This document shows, in pieces, positions 38,790 to 49,237 of a stretch of 64,000 nt of DNA (positions are counted from its first letter, which is position 1; the number at the start of each line of letters is the position of its first letter). Both the position numbers and the translations under genes were made by a program. The notes beneath the pieces are model-generated. The model made no database searches and was not told the DNA's origin. It saw only the letters and a list, made by a program, of their open reading frames with translations. Source of the stretch: Candidatus Velthaea sp. (GTDB lineage Bacteria > Vulcanimicrobiota > Vulcanimicrobiia > Vulcanimicrobiales > Vulcanimicrobiaceae); assembly GCA_965214935.1 (NCBI GenBank), contig CBDCCS010000011.1, positions 96,001 to 160,000 on the forward strand, written 5' to 3'.

Positions 38790-39575
38790 ATGATGCGCGC
38801 ACTGTACACTGCCGCAGCCGGAATGGCGGCGCAGCAATTCAACATCGATACGATCTCGAACAACATTGCCAACGTCAACACGGCGGGCTTTCGCAGCAAT
38901 CAGGCACGTTTTCAGGATCTCATTTATCAACAACTGCGGGCGGCGGGGACACCGGTCGGCGCATCGGTCGTGCCGGTGGCACAAGAGGTCGGTTTAGGCG
39001 TCAAGATCGGTTCATCGGAAAAGATCTTCACGCAAGGGACGATCCAGCAAACCGGTAATCCGCTCGACGTCGCTATCGAAGGCGACGGCTTTTTCCAAAT
39101 AACCAAGCCCGATGGTTCGCTTGCGTATACTCGCGACGGTTCGTTCAAGCGCGATGCAAACGGTTCGCTCGTGACCGCCGACGGCTACTTTCTCAATCCG
39201 CAAGTAACCGTACCGCAAGCCGCGTTGCAAATCGGCGTGGGTACCGACGGCGCGGTTACCGCGGTCTTGCCCGGTCAATCGCAACCGCAGCAACTCGGAC
39301 AAATTCAGATTGCGCGCTTCACCAATGCCGCCGGTCTGGCACCCGAAGGGCAAAACTTGTTCGGGCAAACGGGTGCGTCCGGCTCGCCCGTCGTTTCGCA
39401 GCCCGGTATCAACGGTGCGGGCTCGCTGCAAGGCGGCTACATCGAAAATAGCAACGTCTCCGTCGTCGATCAGATGGTCGGCATGATCACCGCTCAACGC
39501 GCATTTGAAGCAAACTCCAAAGCTGTTACGACCGCCGACGAGATGCTGCAAACCGCGGTGAACACCAAACGCTGA
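38790..39575 (+). CDS. flgG: Flagellar basal-body rod protein FlgG
   Basis: ALYTAA.GM.AQQ, FQDL.YQ, YTRDGSF, QRA.E.NSK...T.DEML. Confidence 0.95.
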   Translation: MMRALYTAAAGMAAQQFNIDTISNNIANVNTAGFRSNQARFQDLIYQQLRAAGTPVGASVVPVAQEVGLGVKIGSSEKIFTQGTIQQTGNPLDVAIEGDGFFQITKPDGSLAYTRDGSFKRDANGSLVTADGYFLNPQVTVPQAALQIGVGTDGAVTAVLPGQSQPQQLGQIQIARFTNAAGLAPEGQNLFGQTGASGSPVVSQPGINGAGSLQGGYIENSNVSVVDQMVGMITAQRAFEANSKAVTTADEMLQTAVNTKR

Positions 39576-40291
39576 TGACGATCCGCCGCGCGGCCGCCGC
39601 AATGCTCGCAGTCATTGCCGCGGCCGTCCCCGGACGCACGTTCGCGCAGCCCGATGCCTTTCAGGTGATCGCTGCCGCGCGGATCAGCGCGGTCGCGCAG
39701 TTCGGCGCACGGTCCGCAGTGGACGACGTGCAACGGGCGCTGGCACCGGCATTTCTCATCGTCGATCAGACGGTGCCGCGTGGTCTGGTGGAAATCCAGT
39801 CCGGTCACGCGCAAGTGAATCCAACGTATGTGAGCGTTCCGGTGGTCATTACGGTCGACGGCCGCATCGCGCGCACGGTGTATGCCGGTTACCGCATCAC
39901 GACGTTTATCGCTGCGATTTGCGCTGCGCACGACCTTGCGCCCGATGCCGTGCTGGGAGCCGATGACTTGGGTGTTGCTCGCGTACCGTTCAGCGGGCGG
40001 GCGGCATTGGACAAAGCCGCCTTCGTCGGGCGCAAGGTGCGTGCGGCGATCGCGCGTGGAGCGCTGCTGTATCCCGAGCAGACCGTCGTAAATGAGATCG
40101 TGCTGGCCGGTATGCCGGCCGTGCTCATCGTGCATGACGGTCCCGTCTCGCTCGCTGCCGACGTGGTCGCGCGCACCAGCGGCGGGCTTGGTGAATTCGT
40201 TACGATCTTCAATCCGCAAACGCAAAAAGCGCTGTCCGGGATCGTGACCGCGCCTAATACCGTCGAGCTGACGCTGCCGGGAGCAAATTAG
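39575..40291 (+). CDS. flgA: P-ring formation chaperone FlgA
   Basis: Signal peptide, SAF-like A.HDL....L...DL, G.LGE.V...N..T.K...G.V; between flgG and flgH. Confidence 0.8.
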   Translation: MTIRRAAAAMLAVIAAAVPGRTFAQPDAFQVIAAARISAVAQFGARSAVDDVQRALAPAFLIVDQTVPRGLVEIQSGHAQVNPTYVSVPVVITVDGRIARTVYAGYRITTFIAAICAAHDLAPDAVLGADDLGVARVPFSGRAALDKAAFVGRKVRAAIARGALLYPEQTVVNEIVLAGMPAVLIVHDGPVSLAADVVARTSGGLGEFVTIFNPQTQKALSGIVTAPNTVELTLPGAN

Positions 40292-40888
40292 ATGCGATCT
40301 CTGTCCGTTCTGCTCGTCGTCGTATGCACGGCTATAGCACTGCCCGTTCGTGCCGATACCTTGTACGTGGCCGCACCTCCGCCCGTTGCACCGGGTCATC
40401 CGCTGCGTTTGGTCCTCGATCGCAAAGCGACGCAGCTCGGCGATCTGGTGGCCGTGCTGTTCAACTTCACCACGACCACTCAACGCGCGTATACGTCGAC
40501 GACCGCCAAAGGCTACAACCTGGGTCAGGGTATCGGCACCGGTCTCTTTAACTTGCCGTTTGCAAAACTCGGCGGCAGCATCACCGGCTCATCGTCGGCG
40601 AACGCCTCCGACTCGAAAAGCGATACGTCGGCGTTCAACTCTTCGATGATGGCTACGGTGACGGACGTGCTTCCGTCGGGCGCGCTGCAGATCGAAGGTT
40701 ATCAAAACGTCATCATCAACGGCGTAAATCAAAAGTTGCACGTCGTCGGATACGCCCGGCCCGAAGATATCGATAATACCGATACGATCCCTTCGACGCG
40801 CTTGGCCAACGTCCACGCCGATTACGCCGGCGATCAACGCAAAGACCATAGCGGTATCTTGCACAAAATTTTGGACCTGCTATTTTAA
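40292..40888 (+). CDS. flgH: Flagellar L-ring protein
   Basis: DRKA...GD.V, A.V.DVLP.G.L.IEG, G..RPEDI...TI.S..LA. Confidence 0.88.
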   Translation: MRSLSVLLVVVCTAIALPVRADTLYVAAPPPVAPGHPLRLVLDRKATQLGDLVAVLFNFTTTTQRAYTSTTAKGYNLGQGIGTGLFNLPFAKLGGSITGSSSANASDSKSDTSAFNSSMMATVTDVLPSGALQIEGYQNVIINGVNQKLHVVGYARPEDIDNTDTIPSTRLANVHADYAGDQRKDHSGILHKILDLLF

Positions 40889-42000
40889 TGCGCGCGAACG
40901 TTCGGTGGCGAGCCGCCGCGGCGCTGTTCGCTGCAATCGGGCTAAGCGGTCCGGCCGCCGATGCGCAGGACGTCCACATCAAGGACATCGCGCACGTTCA
41001 AGGGGTGACGGCCAATCAGCTTGTCGGCTACGGGCTCGTCACCGGGCTTGGCGGAACGGGCGATTCGCTCACCTTCACGAGCAAAACGGTGCAGAACCTG
41101 TTGCAAAGCTTCGGCGTGTCGACGTTGACCAACGATGTAAAGACTAAGAACGTCGCAGCGGTCATCGTGACCGCGTCGCTGCCGCCGTTCGCGCATTCCG
41201 GTGACAATATCGATGTCACCGTGTCGTCGCTGGGCGACGCAACGAGCTTGCAAGGCGGCACGCTGATTTTAAGCGAGTTGCGCGGCGCAAACAACTTCGT
41301 TTACGCCACGGCGCAAGGCTCGGTCTCGGTAGGCGGCTTTTCGGCCGGTCAGGACGGCAGCAGCGTCACCAAGAATCACACGGCTGCGGGTCGCGTGCCG
41401 CAAGGCGGTATCATCGCGCGCGAAATGGCGACGAATATCGAGCAAGATCGCGCGGGTTTCTCATACGCCCTCACGACCCCCGACTACCGGACGGCGGCGC
41501 GCACGGCCGGCGTTCTCAATGCACGCTTCGGCGGCGGTACGGCTCGGGCACTCGATGCCGAAACCGTGCGGGTGAATTTGCCGCCCCGGTATGCCGGCGA
41601 TCCGGTGTCCTTTCTTGCCGATGCCGGTGAATTATCGCTCAACGCCGGCCAGACCGCGAAGGTCGTCATCAACGAGCGCACCGGCACGATCGTCTTCGGC
41701 GGCGACATCACGCTGGCACCGGTCGCCATCGCACACGGCAATTTAACGTTGACGATCACGCAAAGTAACGTCGTCGTTCCGCCTGGTGCCTTCACCAACG
41801 CGCAGCCGGCCACCCAAACAAACACCACGGTCAAAGCAACCGAGGGCGGCCGGAAGTTAATTTACATCAGCGGCGCGCCGTCGCTGGCCCAAGTGGTACG
41901 GGCGCTCAACACGATCGGCGTAACTCCGCGCGACCTCATCTCGATCGTGCAGGCATTGCGCGAATCGGGTTCTCTGCAAGCCGACTTGGATATAATGTGA
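40888..42000 (+). CDS. flgI: Flagellar P-ring protein
   Basis: IKDI, NQL.GYGLV.GL.GTGD, GDA.SL.GG.L, VINERTGTIV, ALN.IG.TP.DL. Confidence 0.96.
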   Translation: MRANVRWRAAAALFAAIGLSGPAADAQDVHIKDIAHVQGVTANQLVGYGLVTGLGGTGDSLTFTSKTVQNLLQSFGVSTLTNDVKTKNVAAVIVTASLPPFAHSGDNIDVTVSSLGDATSLQGGTLILSELRGANNFVYATAQGSVSVGGFSAGQDGSSVTKNHTAAGRVPQGGIIAREMATNIEQDRAGFSYALTTPDYRTAARTAGVLNARFGGGTARALDAETVRVNLPPRYAGDPVSFLADAGELSLNAGQTAKVVINERTGTIVFGGDITLAPVAIAHGNLTLTITQSNVVVPPGAFTNAQPATQTNTTVKATEGGRKLIYISGAPSLAQVVRALNTIGVTPRDLISIVQALRESGSLQADLDIM

Positions 42001-42356
42001 TGCCGATTCATACGATCGACGGCGCACCGGCGGCGACCGCGACGGCGCTGACCAGCGACCAGCGGACGGCGCTCAAACACTTGCATGCCGCGGCGCAGCA
42101 ATTTGAATCGGTGTTCGTCAACATGCTTTTCAAATCAATGCGTTCGACGGCGCCGCTCACCTCGATCAGCGGCGGAAAGCCGTCGCCGGCCGAGACGACT
42201 TTTAGCGAGATGCTCGATCAGAAACGCTCCGATGCAATTGCCGAGACCGGTTCGTTCGGTATCGCAAAAATTCTCGAAGATCAGCTCAAAGCTTCGGTTC
42301 TGGCTCAACCCGCCCAGGCCGCCAAGGCGCGGATCGCGCCCGAGGGCGTGCTGTGA
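42000..42356 (+). CDS. flgJ: FlgJ-type rod-binding protein (no muramidase domain)
   Basis: L..AAQQFES.F..M.FKSMR, F.EMLD, GIA..L..QL. Confidence 0.85.
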   Translation: MPIHTIDGAPAATATALTSDQRTALKHLHAAAQQFESVFVNMLFKSMRSTAPLTSISGGKPSPAETTFSEMLDQKRSDAIAETGSFGIAKILEDQLKASVLAQPAQAAKARIAPEGVL

Positions 42357-42374
42357 ACGCTTGCTCGATCGCGC

Positions 42375-42402
42375 TAAATAAGCGCGCCGGGACGCCCGAA
42401 AC
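42375..42402 (+). promoter_or_regulatory. Possible sigma-28-type promoter TAAA-N16-CCCGAAAC upstream of flgM
   Basis: Degenerate match at the expected position. Confidence 0.45.
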
Positions 42403-42443
42403 CAGTAATAGCACCGCGCGTGCTGGAAACGGAGTCGGGCGGT

Positions 42444-42722
42444 ATGATCATGAGTCGCGTGGAGATCGCGGCGGCGTCGCGAGCACTGCGCCATTCCCGC
42501 GGGCGTATTTCGTGCCTGACGTCGGCCGAGGCCGCGCCGAACGCCGCGGATGCCGATTTCATCTGCGGTTGTGCAGATCAGGTTCGGGCCCGGCCGGTTT
42601 ACCGGCTGCTCCTCGTCATGCGGTTGCAGCGCCGGATCGATGCCGGAACGTACGAGACGGCGGCGGACGAAATTGCCGAGCAGCTCTTGGGTCGCTTGAC
42701 GGCGGCCGCGCTGCCCGCGTAA
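42444..42722 (+). CDS. flgM: Anti-sigma-28 factor FlgM (divergent)
   Basis: GGAG SD; C-terminal R...V..L..RI.AGTY.....IAE.LL; position before flgN/flgK. Confidence 0.7.
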   Translation: MIMSRVEIAAASRALRHSRGRISCLTSAEAAPNAADADFICGCADQVRARPVYRLLLVMRLQRRIDAGTYETAADEIAEQLLGRLTAAALPA

Positions 42723-42753
42723 CTCCGCTCGCATCGCGCAACGGTGATGCGCG

Positions 42754-43236
42754 ATGAGCGCCGGTTCGTGGCAAACCTTCGCCGACAGCTTGAGCGATGA
42801 AAACCGCGCGCTGGGCGAACTAGGCGCAGCAGCGCTGGCAATGACGACGGTGTTGGTGCTGGGAACCGCCGCCGACATCGAGCGTGCCGAGCGCGACGTC
42901 GAACTCAAGCGTGTCATCCACGCACAAGCGCACTTGCGCCGCACGCTGATGATGCAGCGCGGCTTCGGCGATCTAACGCTGCAGCAGGTTTGCAGCTATG
43001 CACCGCGTCCGCTGCGGCGTTCGGTTTATACCGCGTTACGCGAACTGCGCACACGCGGCATCGCTTTACGCATCACGGTCGGTAACAATAAGGCACTCAT
43101 CAATGCGGGACTCAAGCGAATCACCAACACGATTGCCGTCATGCAGAAGAACGTACCCGGACAAGTCGGGACGTATCGCCGGCGCGGTACCGTAACGCCT
43201 TCGAACGGAAGCTTGATCGTGAGCCGCAAAGCATGA
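42754..43236 (+). CDS. Probable FlgN-like export chaperone
   Basis: Helical 160-aa protein between flgM and flgK; ends ..N..LI...L...Y...G; mainly positional. Confidence 0.5.
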   Translation: MSAGSWQTFADSLSDENRALGELGAAALAMTTVLVLGTAADIERAERDVELKRVIHAQAHLRRTLMMQRGFGDLTLQQVCSYAPRPLRRSVYTALRELRTRGIALRITVGNNKALINAGLKRITNTIAVMQKNVPGQVGTYRRRGTVTPSNGSLIVSRKA

Positions 43237-45392
43237 GCTTTTTCACTTTCAACATCATCGGAAATGCCGTTGATGCCTATCAGCAAGCAACGAACGTTAC
43301 CTCGGACAATATCGCTAACGTAGCGACGCCCGGCGCGTCGCGCCAATCCGCGACGATCAGCGAAGCAATTCCGATATCCGGCTCGCCGTACTATAGTTCG
43401 CACGTCGGGGGGCCGGGCACGCGCGGCGAAGGCGCCGTCGTCAATGAGATCGAGCGTATCCATCAAGACAGCTACGATACGCTGTTTCGCGGTGCGTCGT
43501 CATCGCAGTACTATTACACGACGGAAGGGCAGCAACTCGGGTCGTTGCAGAGCGCGTTCGGCGAGCCGAACAACGGCGTCAATTCGGCCTACGCCGCCTT
43601 ACAAACGGCAATCTCGAACGTCGCGACCGCTCCCACATCCGTTGCGGTTCGCCAGACGGTGCTCGCACAAGCGCAGACCTTCGTAACGACGCTAAATTCC
43701 GCAAGTGCCGCAATCGCGCTGCAAAAGAGCACGATATTGCAGCAGGCAGCCGGCACGGTTACCAAAGTCAACGGCTTGCTCGACACGATCGCTTCGTTGA
43801 ACGGCCAGATTCGCGCGCTGCGAGCCACCGGCGACAATCCGAACACGTACCTCGATCAGCGCGACTACGCCATCGATCAGCTTTCAGGATTGATATCGAC
43901 GACGACGTCGCTGCAAGCCAACGGATCGTCGCTCGTGAGTGTCAACGGCTCGCCGCTCGTCAACGACACGATTGCCTACCATCTCGCGCCGCCCGTGATC
44001 GGTACCGCCGGCGATGGTACGCGGCCGTTCGTGGTCGGGATGGCGGACGATCTCGATCCGAACAATCCGGCTCCCGTCGCGCTCGGCAGCGGGCAACTTG
44101 GGGCGTTTGCCGATGTTTACAATAACAAACTCGCACCGTACGGGCAGCAGCTCGATAATTTTGCGAGTTCCGCTGCGTCGGAGATCAACCGGATCACCCA
44201 AGCCGCCGTCGACCTGAACGGCGACGGCGGTACGCAACTCTTCGCCGGGCCGCCCGGCGGGCAAGCCGTCACCGCAGCGAACATCTCGGTTGCAATCGAC
44301 GATCCGACGGCGATCCCCGTCGGGCTCGTGTCGACTGCCGCGGGTAACCTTACCCAGCCCCTCAATTCGGCCAATAACACGATCTCGACGTCGGATGCCA
44401 TTGATGGCGATGCCGAACTTCTCAACCCGCCGGCGACGGCCCTGAGCGGAACGCTGAGCGTCGGGGTCGACGGCGTGAGCCAGACCTTTACGTATTCTAC
44501 GGCCCCGGGCGGCAACGCCGGCACGGTCGGCGACTTCATGACGAGCTTCAATGCAAAGCATCTCGGCGTGACGGTCAGTTTCGATACTTCGACGCAGCGT
44601 ATTGCCTTCACGCGCGATCCGAACAACATCGATGTCATTCATCGCGGCGTGCAAGGACAGAACGCACCGACGCCGAGTTTTACGATCACCGATTCGCTGG
44701 GACCGGCCGGTACGACGCCGCCGGCTGCGGCAAGCCCGCAAGGAACGCCGGCAACCGGCTTACTGCAAGCGCTGGGCGCCACCAACATCAACGGCATCGC
44801 GCAAACGCCGGCGAATGCGTTCGGCAGTTCGGACAACGGCGCGGCTAATGCGCTCTTGAAACTGTTCGGACAGAACGTTGGTGTCGGCGCTTTACAGACG
44901 TCGGCAGCCGCCGTCTCGACCGCCGGACCCGGTCCGGTCACGATCACGCAACCGGCGGGAGTGCCGGGCGCATTCGCGTCATTGGGCGTCGGTCAAGTGG
45001 TGACGGTGCTCAATGCGGCCACCGGAACGCAGCAAAACGTACCGATTACGGCAATCGATCGAACCACCGGAACGATCACCGTCGATGCGTCCGCGCCGAT
45101 CGCCGTCAACGATCCGATCTCGACGGTTCAAGCGCAGACCCTCGGTGCAGCCTATCAGGGTCTGGTCACGCAGATGGGCCTTGACATGAGTACGGCTAAG
45201 GTCGGCACGAGCACGCAAGGGGCGCTGGCGGCAAACATCGAGCAAGCCCGGCAAAGCGTCGACGGCATCAACGTCGATGAAGAGACGCAAAATTTAATTA
45301 AATTTCAGAGCGCCTACACGGCGGCCGCGAAAACGTTGAGTACGCTCAACACGATGATGCAAACGACGCTGGGTCTCATTACCGGCGGCTAG
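43233..45392 (+). CDS. flgK: Hook-associated protein FlgK
   Basis: NIANV.TPG.SRQ, N..LDQRD...D.LS, G.N.DEE..NL.KFQ.AY.A.AK. Confidence 0.93.
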   Translation: MSFFTFNIIGNAVDAYQQATNVTSDNIANVATPGASRQSATISEAIPISGSPYYSSHVGGPGTRGEGAVVNEIERIHQDSYDTLFRGASSSQYYYTTEGQQLGSLQSAFGEPNNGVNSAYAALQTAISNVATAPTSVAVRQTVLAQAQTFVTTLNSASAAIALQKSTILQQAAGTVTKVNGLLDTIASLNGQIRALRATGDNPNTYLDQRDYAIDQLSGLISTTTSLQANGSSLVSVNGSPLVNDTIAYHLAPPVIGTAGDGTRPFVVGMADDLDPNNPAPVALGSGQLGAFADVYNNKLAPYGQQLDNFASSAASEINRITQAAVDLNGDGGTQLFAGPPGGQAVTAANISVAIDDPTAIPVGLVSTAAGNLTQPLNSANNTISTSDAIDGDAELLNPPATALSGTLSVGVDGVSQTFTYSTAPGGNAGTVGDFMTSFNAKHLGVTVSFDTSTQRIAFTRDPNNIDVIHRGVQGQNAPTPSFTITDSLGPAGTTPPAAASPQGTPATGLLQALGATNINGIAQTPANAFGSSDNGAANALLKLFGQNVGVGALQTSAAAVSTAGPGPVTITQPAGVPGAFASLGVGQVVTVLNAATGTQQNVPITAIDRTTGTITVDASAPIAVNDPISTVQAQTLGAAYQGLVTQMGLDMSTAKVGTSTQGALAANIEQARQSVDGINVDEETQNLIKFQSAYTAAAKTLSTLNTMMQTTLGLITGG

Positions 45393-45412
45393 CCTCGAAA
45401 CGAAAGACGACA

Positions 45413-46771
45413 ATGCGAATCGCTACTTCGACGCTCTACACGCAGCAGGCCGGCGCCATCGACAATTTGCAAGCGCAGTATCAAACCCAAGCGCTCAACT
45501 TATCGACGGGCAAAACGCTCGATGCGCCGTCCGACGATCCGACGCAGATCGGGCTGGATCTCAACATACACACCGCAATCGCGGTCGACAATCAGCAAGC
45601 CGTCAACATTCAAGCAGCGACGGGACAACTGACGTCGACCGATAACGCGTTGGCAAATCTGACGTCGGTGCTGCAAAGCGCGCGCGAGTTGGCAACGCGC
45701 GGCGCGAGCGACGGACTCTCGGCCGACGACAGAAAGAATGTCGCCGACCAAGTCGATCAGCAGTTGCAGCAAGTCCTGGGCGTCGCCAATACACAGTATG
45801 GCGGAACGTACGTCTTCGCCGGCAGCGGTCAATCGGCAACGGCGCCGGTCACGACGTCCGGTTCGCCCGTTTCGACGATTCACTTCAGCGGCAACGAGCA
45901 GCCGCAGACGCCGATGCTCTTGAGCGGACAAAACTTTGCGCTGTCGCCGACGCTGCAACAAGCGTTCAACTATAATGCAACCGACGGTTCGCCCTCGGTA
46001 TTCGGCGTCCTAACGACATTGCGTGACACGCTTGCCAAGGGTCTGGTGACGGATCAAAGCGCACAACCCGTCAATCATCCCGGTCAAGTCATCTACGGCA
46101 GCGCTTCTCCGGTCGCTTTACAAACGACGCTGGGCGCGACCCCATCGCCGTTTGCGATCGTGCCGGCGCCCGACAGCACCGGTCATTACACGATCTCGAT
46201 CAATAACGCGGACGCGAACGGCAAGCAGCACGTCAATGTCTATTCATTCTCGGCGACGACGCCGATCGATGGGACCGCAGGTACGAGTATCACGGAACTC
46301 ATCAATGCAAATAATACCGGAACGAATGCAACGGGTTTAACCGCGACATTTGACGCTCAAACGCAGCGGCTGGTCCTCACGAGTGCCGGCGGGGGCGCGT
46401 TCAGCGTTACCAATGAAGCCTCGCCGGGTGCGACCGGGCCGGCCGACACATCGAACTTCCTTCTCGCACTCGGACTTAGCGGTAATGCCACCTTACCGCA
46501 AACGGTTTCGACGCAATTAGGTGATATCGATCATGTTTTGGACGTCGCACTCAACGCTCGGGCACTCGTCGGTTCGCGGATCAACGCACTCGCGCAGGTC
46601 AATACACAAGTGACCAACAGCGTCGCCGACGGAACGGCGGTAACCAGCGGCATCGAAGATACGGACGTTGCCAAAGCAACGACGCAACTGACCGCGACCC
46701 AAGTCGCACTAACGGCATCGTACAGCGTTACGTCACGGCTTGAATCCAAGGATCTCTTCGATTACCTCTAA
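45413..46771 (+). CDS. flgL: Hook-associated protein FlgL
   Basis: MRI.T, STGK....PSDDP, AN....G.Y.F.G, ED.D.A, LFDYL end. Confidence 0.92.
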   Translation: MRIATSTLYTQQAGAIDNLQAQYQTQALNLSTGKTLDAPSDDPTQIGLDLNIHTAIAVDNQQAVNIQAATGQLTSTDNALANLTSVLQSARELATRGASDGLSADDRKNVADQVDQQLQQVLGVANTQYGGTYVFAGSGQSATAPVTTSGSPVSTIHFSGNEQPQTPMLLSGQNFALSPTLQQAFNYNATDGSPSVFGVLTTLRDTLAKGLVTDQSAQPVNHPGQVIYGSASPVALQTTLGATPSPFAIVPAPDSTGHYTISINNADANGKQHVNVYSFSATTPIDGTAGTSITELINANNTGTNATGLTATFDAQTQRLVLTSAGGGAFSVTNEASPGATGPADTSNFLLALGLSGNATLPQTVSTQLGDIDHVLDVALNARALVGSRINALAQVNTQVTNSVADGTAVTSGIEDTDVAKATTQLTATQVALTASYSVTSRLESKDLFDYL

Positions 46772-46835
46772 CGCCTGCTCGACGTCGCGCAGCGCGGCAT
46801 CGATGGCGCTCCACACCGAATAAAGGGGACTTTTC

Positions 46836-47330
46836 ATGGAAACGTTAGTCGAAGTAGCGGCGCAATTACCGCCGCAGAAAACCGTCACGATCGAGCTGCC
46901 GCGCTTCGGTGAATGCACCTATGCCGACGGTGAAGTCATACGTTTCCCGTGGGGTTTACCGGGATTCCCGAGTTTCCGCAATTTTCTCATCCTCGCCATG
47001 TCTGCCGACGACGGCTATCTTTGGTTGCAGAGCCTCGACGATCTCGAGGTCGCGATCCCGCTATGCGATCCATGGTCGATCTTTGATGACTACGAGGCGC
47101 CCTTGCCTTTATACGCAATGCAATCGCTCGATATCGTTACGCCGGAAAGTTTCTGCGTGCTTTGCGTTTTAGTCGCCGCGCCCGGTTCCGGATCGACGAC
47201 GATAAATTTACTCGCCCCGATCATTATCAATCTCGAATCGCGTGTCGGACGTCAGATAACGTTGGAGAATCAACGCTATAGCGTTCGGACGCCGATATCG
47301 CGCTCGCACGGAACGAACGGCGCGTCATAA
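46836..47330 (+). CDS. fliW: Flagellar assembly factor FliW
   Basis: RFGE, I.FP.GLPGF, WLQS.DD, T.NL.APIIIN...G.Q. Confidence 0.92.
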   Translation: METLVEVAAQLPPQKTVTIELPRFGECTYADGEVIRFPWGLPGFPSFRNFLILAMSADDGYLWLQSLDDLEVAIPLCDPWSIFDDYEAPLPLYAMQSLDIVTPESFCVLCVLVAAPGSGSTTINLLAPIIINLESRVGRQITLENQRYSVRTPISRSHGTNGAS

Positions 47331-47421
47331 TAAAGAGGGCGGCGCGAGGTATCTGAGCGAACGACGGCAGCACGTGCTTCCCCGGTTTAACAGCCGGGTC
47401 TGCCATGGAGGGTGCCGCGTA

Positions 47422-47694
47422 ATGCTCGTGTTGTCACGGAAACTCAATCAAGCGATCATGGTCGGTGACAATATCCGCATCGTCGTTGTATCCGTCGATC
47501 GCGATCAAGTAAAATTAGGCATCGACGCACCGCGCGAAATCCCCGTTCACCGATCGGAAGTGTTCGAGGAAATTCAGCGCACGAATCGCGAAGCGGCCGG
47601 CATTGCCGAGCCGCCGCCGAATGTCGAACCTGCGGCAGCCGGCGTCGCGCCGGCGATCTTAAGCGCTCGCAAACGAACTCGTCGTAGGGACTAA
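47422..47694 (+). CDS. csrA: Carbon storage regulator CsrA with C-terminal extension
   Basis: MLVLSRK, QVKLGI.AP....HR.E...EI...N. Confidence 0.95.
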   Translation: MLVLSRKLNQAIMVGDNIRIVVVSVDRDQVKLGIDAPREIPVHRSEVFEEIQRTNREAAGIAEPPPNVEPAAAGVAPAILSARKRTRRRD

Positions 47695-47719
47695 TTTAGC
47701 GACTCCGTGCAACCGATAC
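47692..47719 (+). promoter_or_regulatory. Sigma-28-type promoter TAAT-N16-ACCGATAC for flagellin 1
   Basis: Match to consensus upstream of the flagellin leader. Confidence 0.6.
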
Positions 47720-47791
47720 CAGATATAGGAGCCAAGACGGTTCCATATCCGGTTACGCATCAGCGTAATCGTTCACGGAGGAACGACCGCA

Positions 47792-49099
47792 ATGTCAATT
47801 AGTCTTGCCAATAATCTCTTAGCCAATCAGGTAGCGCTTAACCTCAATAAGAATCAATCGTCGCTACAAGGCTCGGTCAGCAAACTCTCGAGTGGTTTGC
47901 GCATCAATACTGCAGCGGATGATCCGTCAGGCTTAGCCATTGCGGAAAAACTGCAGTCCCAGGTCAACGGCTTCGACCAAGCCATTGCCAACATTCAAGA
48001 CGCAACGAATGCGACGACCGTTGCCGACGGTGCACTTCAGACGACCACGGACATTTTGCAGCGCATTCGCAACTTGGCCGTCGAAGCAAGCTCCGATACC
48101 AACACGCAATCGGATAAAGCGAACCTTCAAACGGAAGTAACGCAACTTCTGCAAGAAGTCAACACGATCTCGCAAAACACGAATTTCAACGGCTCGGCGC
48201 TTTTGGACGGCAGTCATTCCGGTTATCAATCGGCGGTAGGCGCGTTCACGACCATTACCGCCAACGGCGCTCTTGCGGCGGCATCGAATGCAACCAATCT
48301 CGGTACCGGCGTAAATAGCGGTCTATTGGCGGCCTCGGTGATCGGAGTCGGCGCAAACACGTCGACGGCGACAAGCGGGTTTTACTCGGTGGCGACGTCG
48401 GCCGCCGGCTTGGCCAGTGTGGGCGGTTCGGGCGGTTCCATCGACGGTACGATTCAGCTCGTCGTGATCAATACCGGAACGTCGATAGCCGTTCAAGAGA
48501 CGTTCGTATCGTCGAACTATGCCGTCTTCGGCGCGTCGATTGCAACCGAATTGCTGGCCAACGGTCAGACCAGTACGCTATTCGACAACGTTGCCGTCAC
48601 GCTGGGCAACTTCACGACGGCCGACGTCGGTGTTACGTCGTACATCAAGGTTTCACAGAACGTTGCGGCCGTGACGAATCCGACGACGGCAGCCTTTAGC
48701 TTCCAATCCGGCGCAGCCGAAGGCTCGACGATCACCTTCGGGATTCAATCGACCAACAGCGCATCGCTGCGCATCTCCAACATCAATTTACTCGTCACGA
48801 CGAGTACCGGAAGTTCGATCGGCGCCGAAGATGCAATCGGTCAGATCGATAACGCTCTGGTAAGCTTACTTACCGAACGCGCAAATCTGGGCGCGGTAAC
48901 GGTACGTCTGCAAGAGAACTCGACCAACGATAGCGTCGCTGCTACGAATCTGCAGGCGTCGGAGTCGAATATTCGCGATCTCAACGTCAGCGCGGAGACC
49001 ACGAAGTATACGGCCGATCAGATTCTCATCTCCGTCGGTACGTCGGTCTTGCTGCAGTCGAATAACAACGCGCAATCAGTCGAAAAACTCTTCCAGTAA
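47792..49099 (+). CDS. fliC: Flagellin 1
   Basis: KLSSGLRIN.AADD.SGLAI, N.NFNG..LLDG, RA.LGA...RL, ESNIRD. Confidence 0.96.
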   Translation: MSISLANNLLANQVALNLNKNQSSLQGSVSKLSSGLRINTAADDPSGLAIAEKLQSQVNGFDQAIANIQDATNATTVADGALQTTTDILQRIRNLAVEASSDTNTQSDKANLQTEVTQLLQEVNTISQNTNFNGSALLDGSHSGYQSAVGAFTTITANGALAAASNATNLGTGVNSGLLAASVIGVGANTSTATSGFYSVATSAAGLASVGGSGGSIDGTIQLVVINTGTSIAVQETFVSSNYAVFGASIATELLANGQTSTLFDNVAVTLGNFTTADVGVTSYIKVSQNVAAVTNPTTAAFSFQSGAAEGSTITFGIQSTNSASLRISNINLLVTTSTGSSIGAEDAIGQIDNALVSLLTERANLGAVTVRLQENSTNDSVAATNLQASESNIRDLNVSAETTKYTADQILISVGTSVLLQSNNNAQSVEKLFQ

Positions 49100-49116
49100 T
49101 CTCGGTCGGCTAAAAC

Positions 49117-49144
49117 AAAAAACCCGCTTCGGCGGGTTTTTTTT
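49117..49144 (+). terminator. Intrinsic terminator after flagellin 1
   Basis: AAAAAACCCGC-TTCG-GCGGG-T8. Confidence 0.9.
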
Positions 49145-49210
49145 CTATGCCGTGGTATGCGGTGCGGCGCTGCGTTCGAACGATAGGTATTAAATCGGTC
49201 TTGGAATCGT

Positions 49211-49237
49211 TAAGGAACGGCGCACGTCGGTCGATAC
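49211..49237 (+). promoter_or_regulatory. Sigma-28-type promoter TAAG-N15-GTCGATAC for flagellin 2
   Basis: Same position relative to the leader as in flagellin 1. Confidence 0.6.

Noticed and set aside
42353..42757. 134-aa plus-strand ORF overlapping flgM
   Set aside because: The alternative frame 42444-42722 carries the FlgM-like motif and SD
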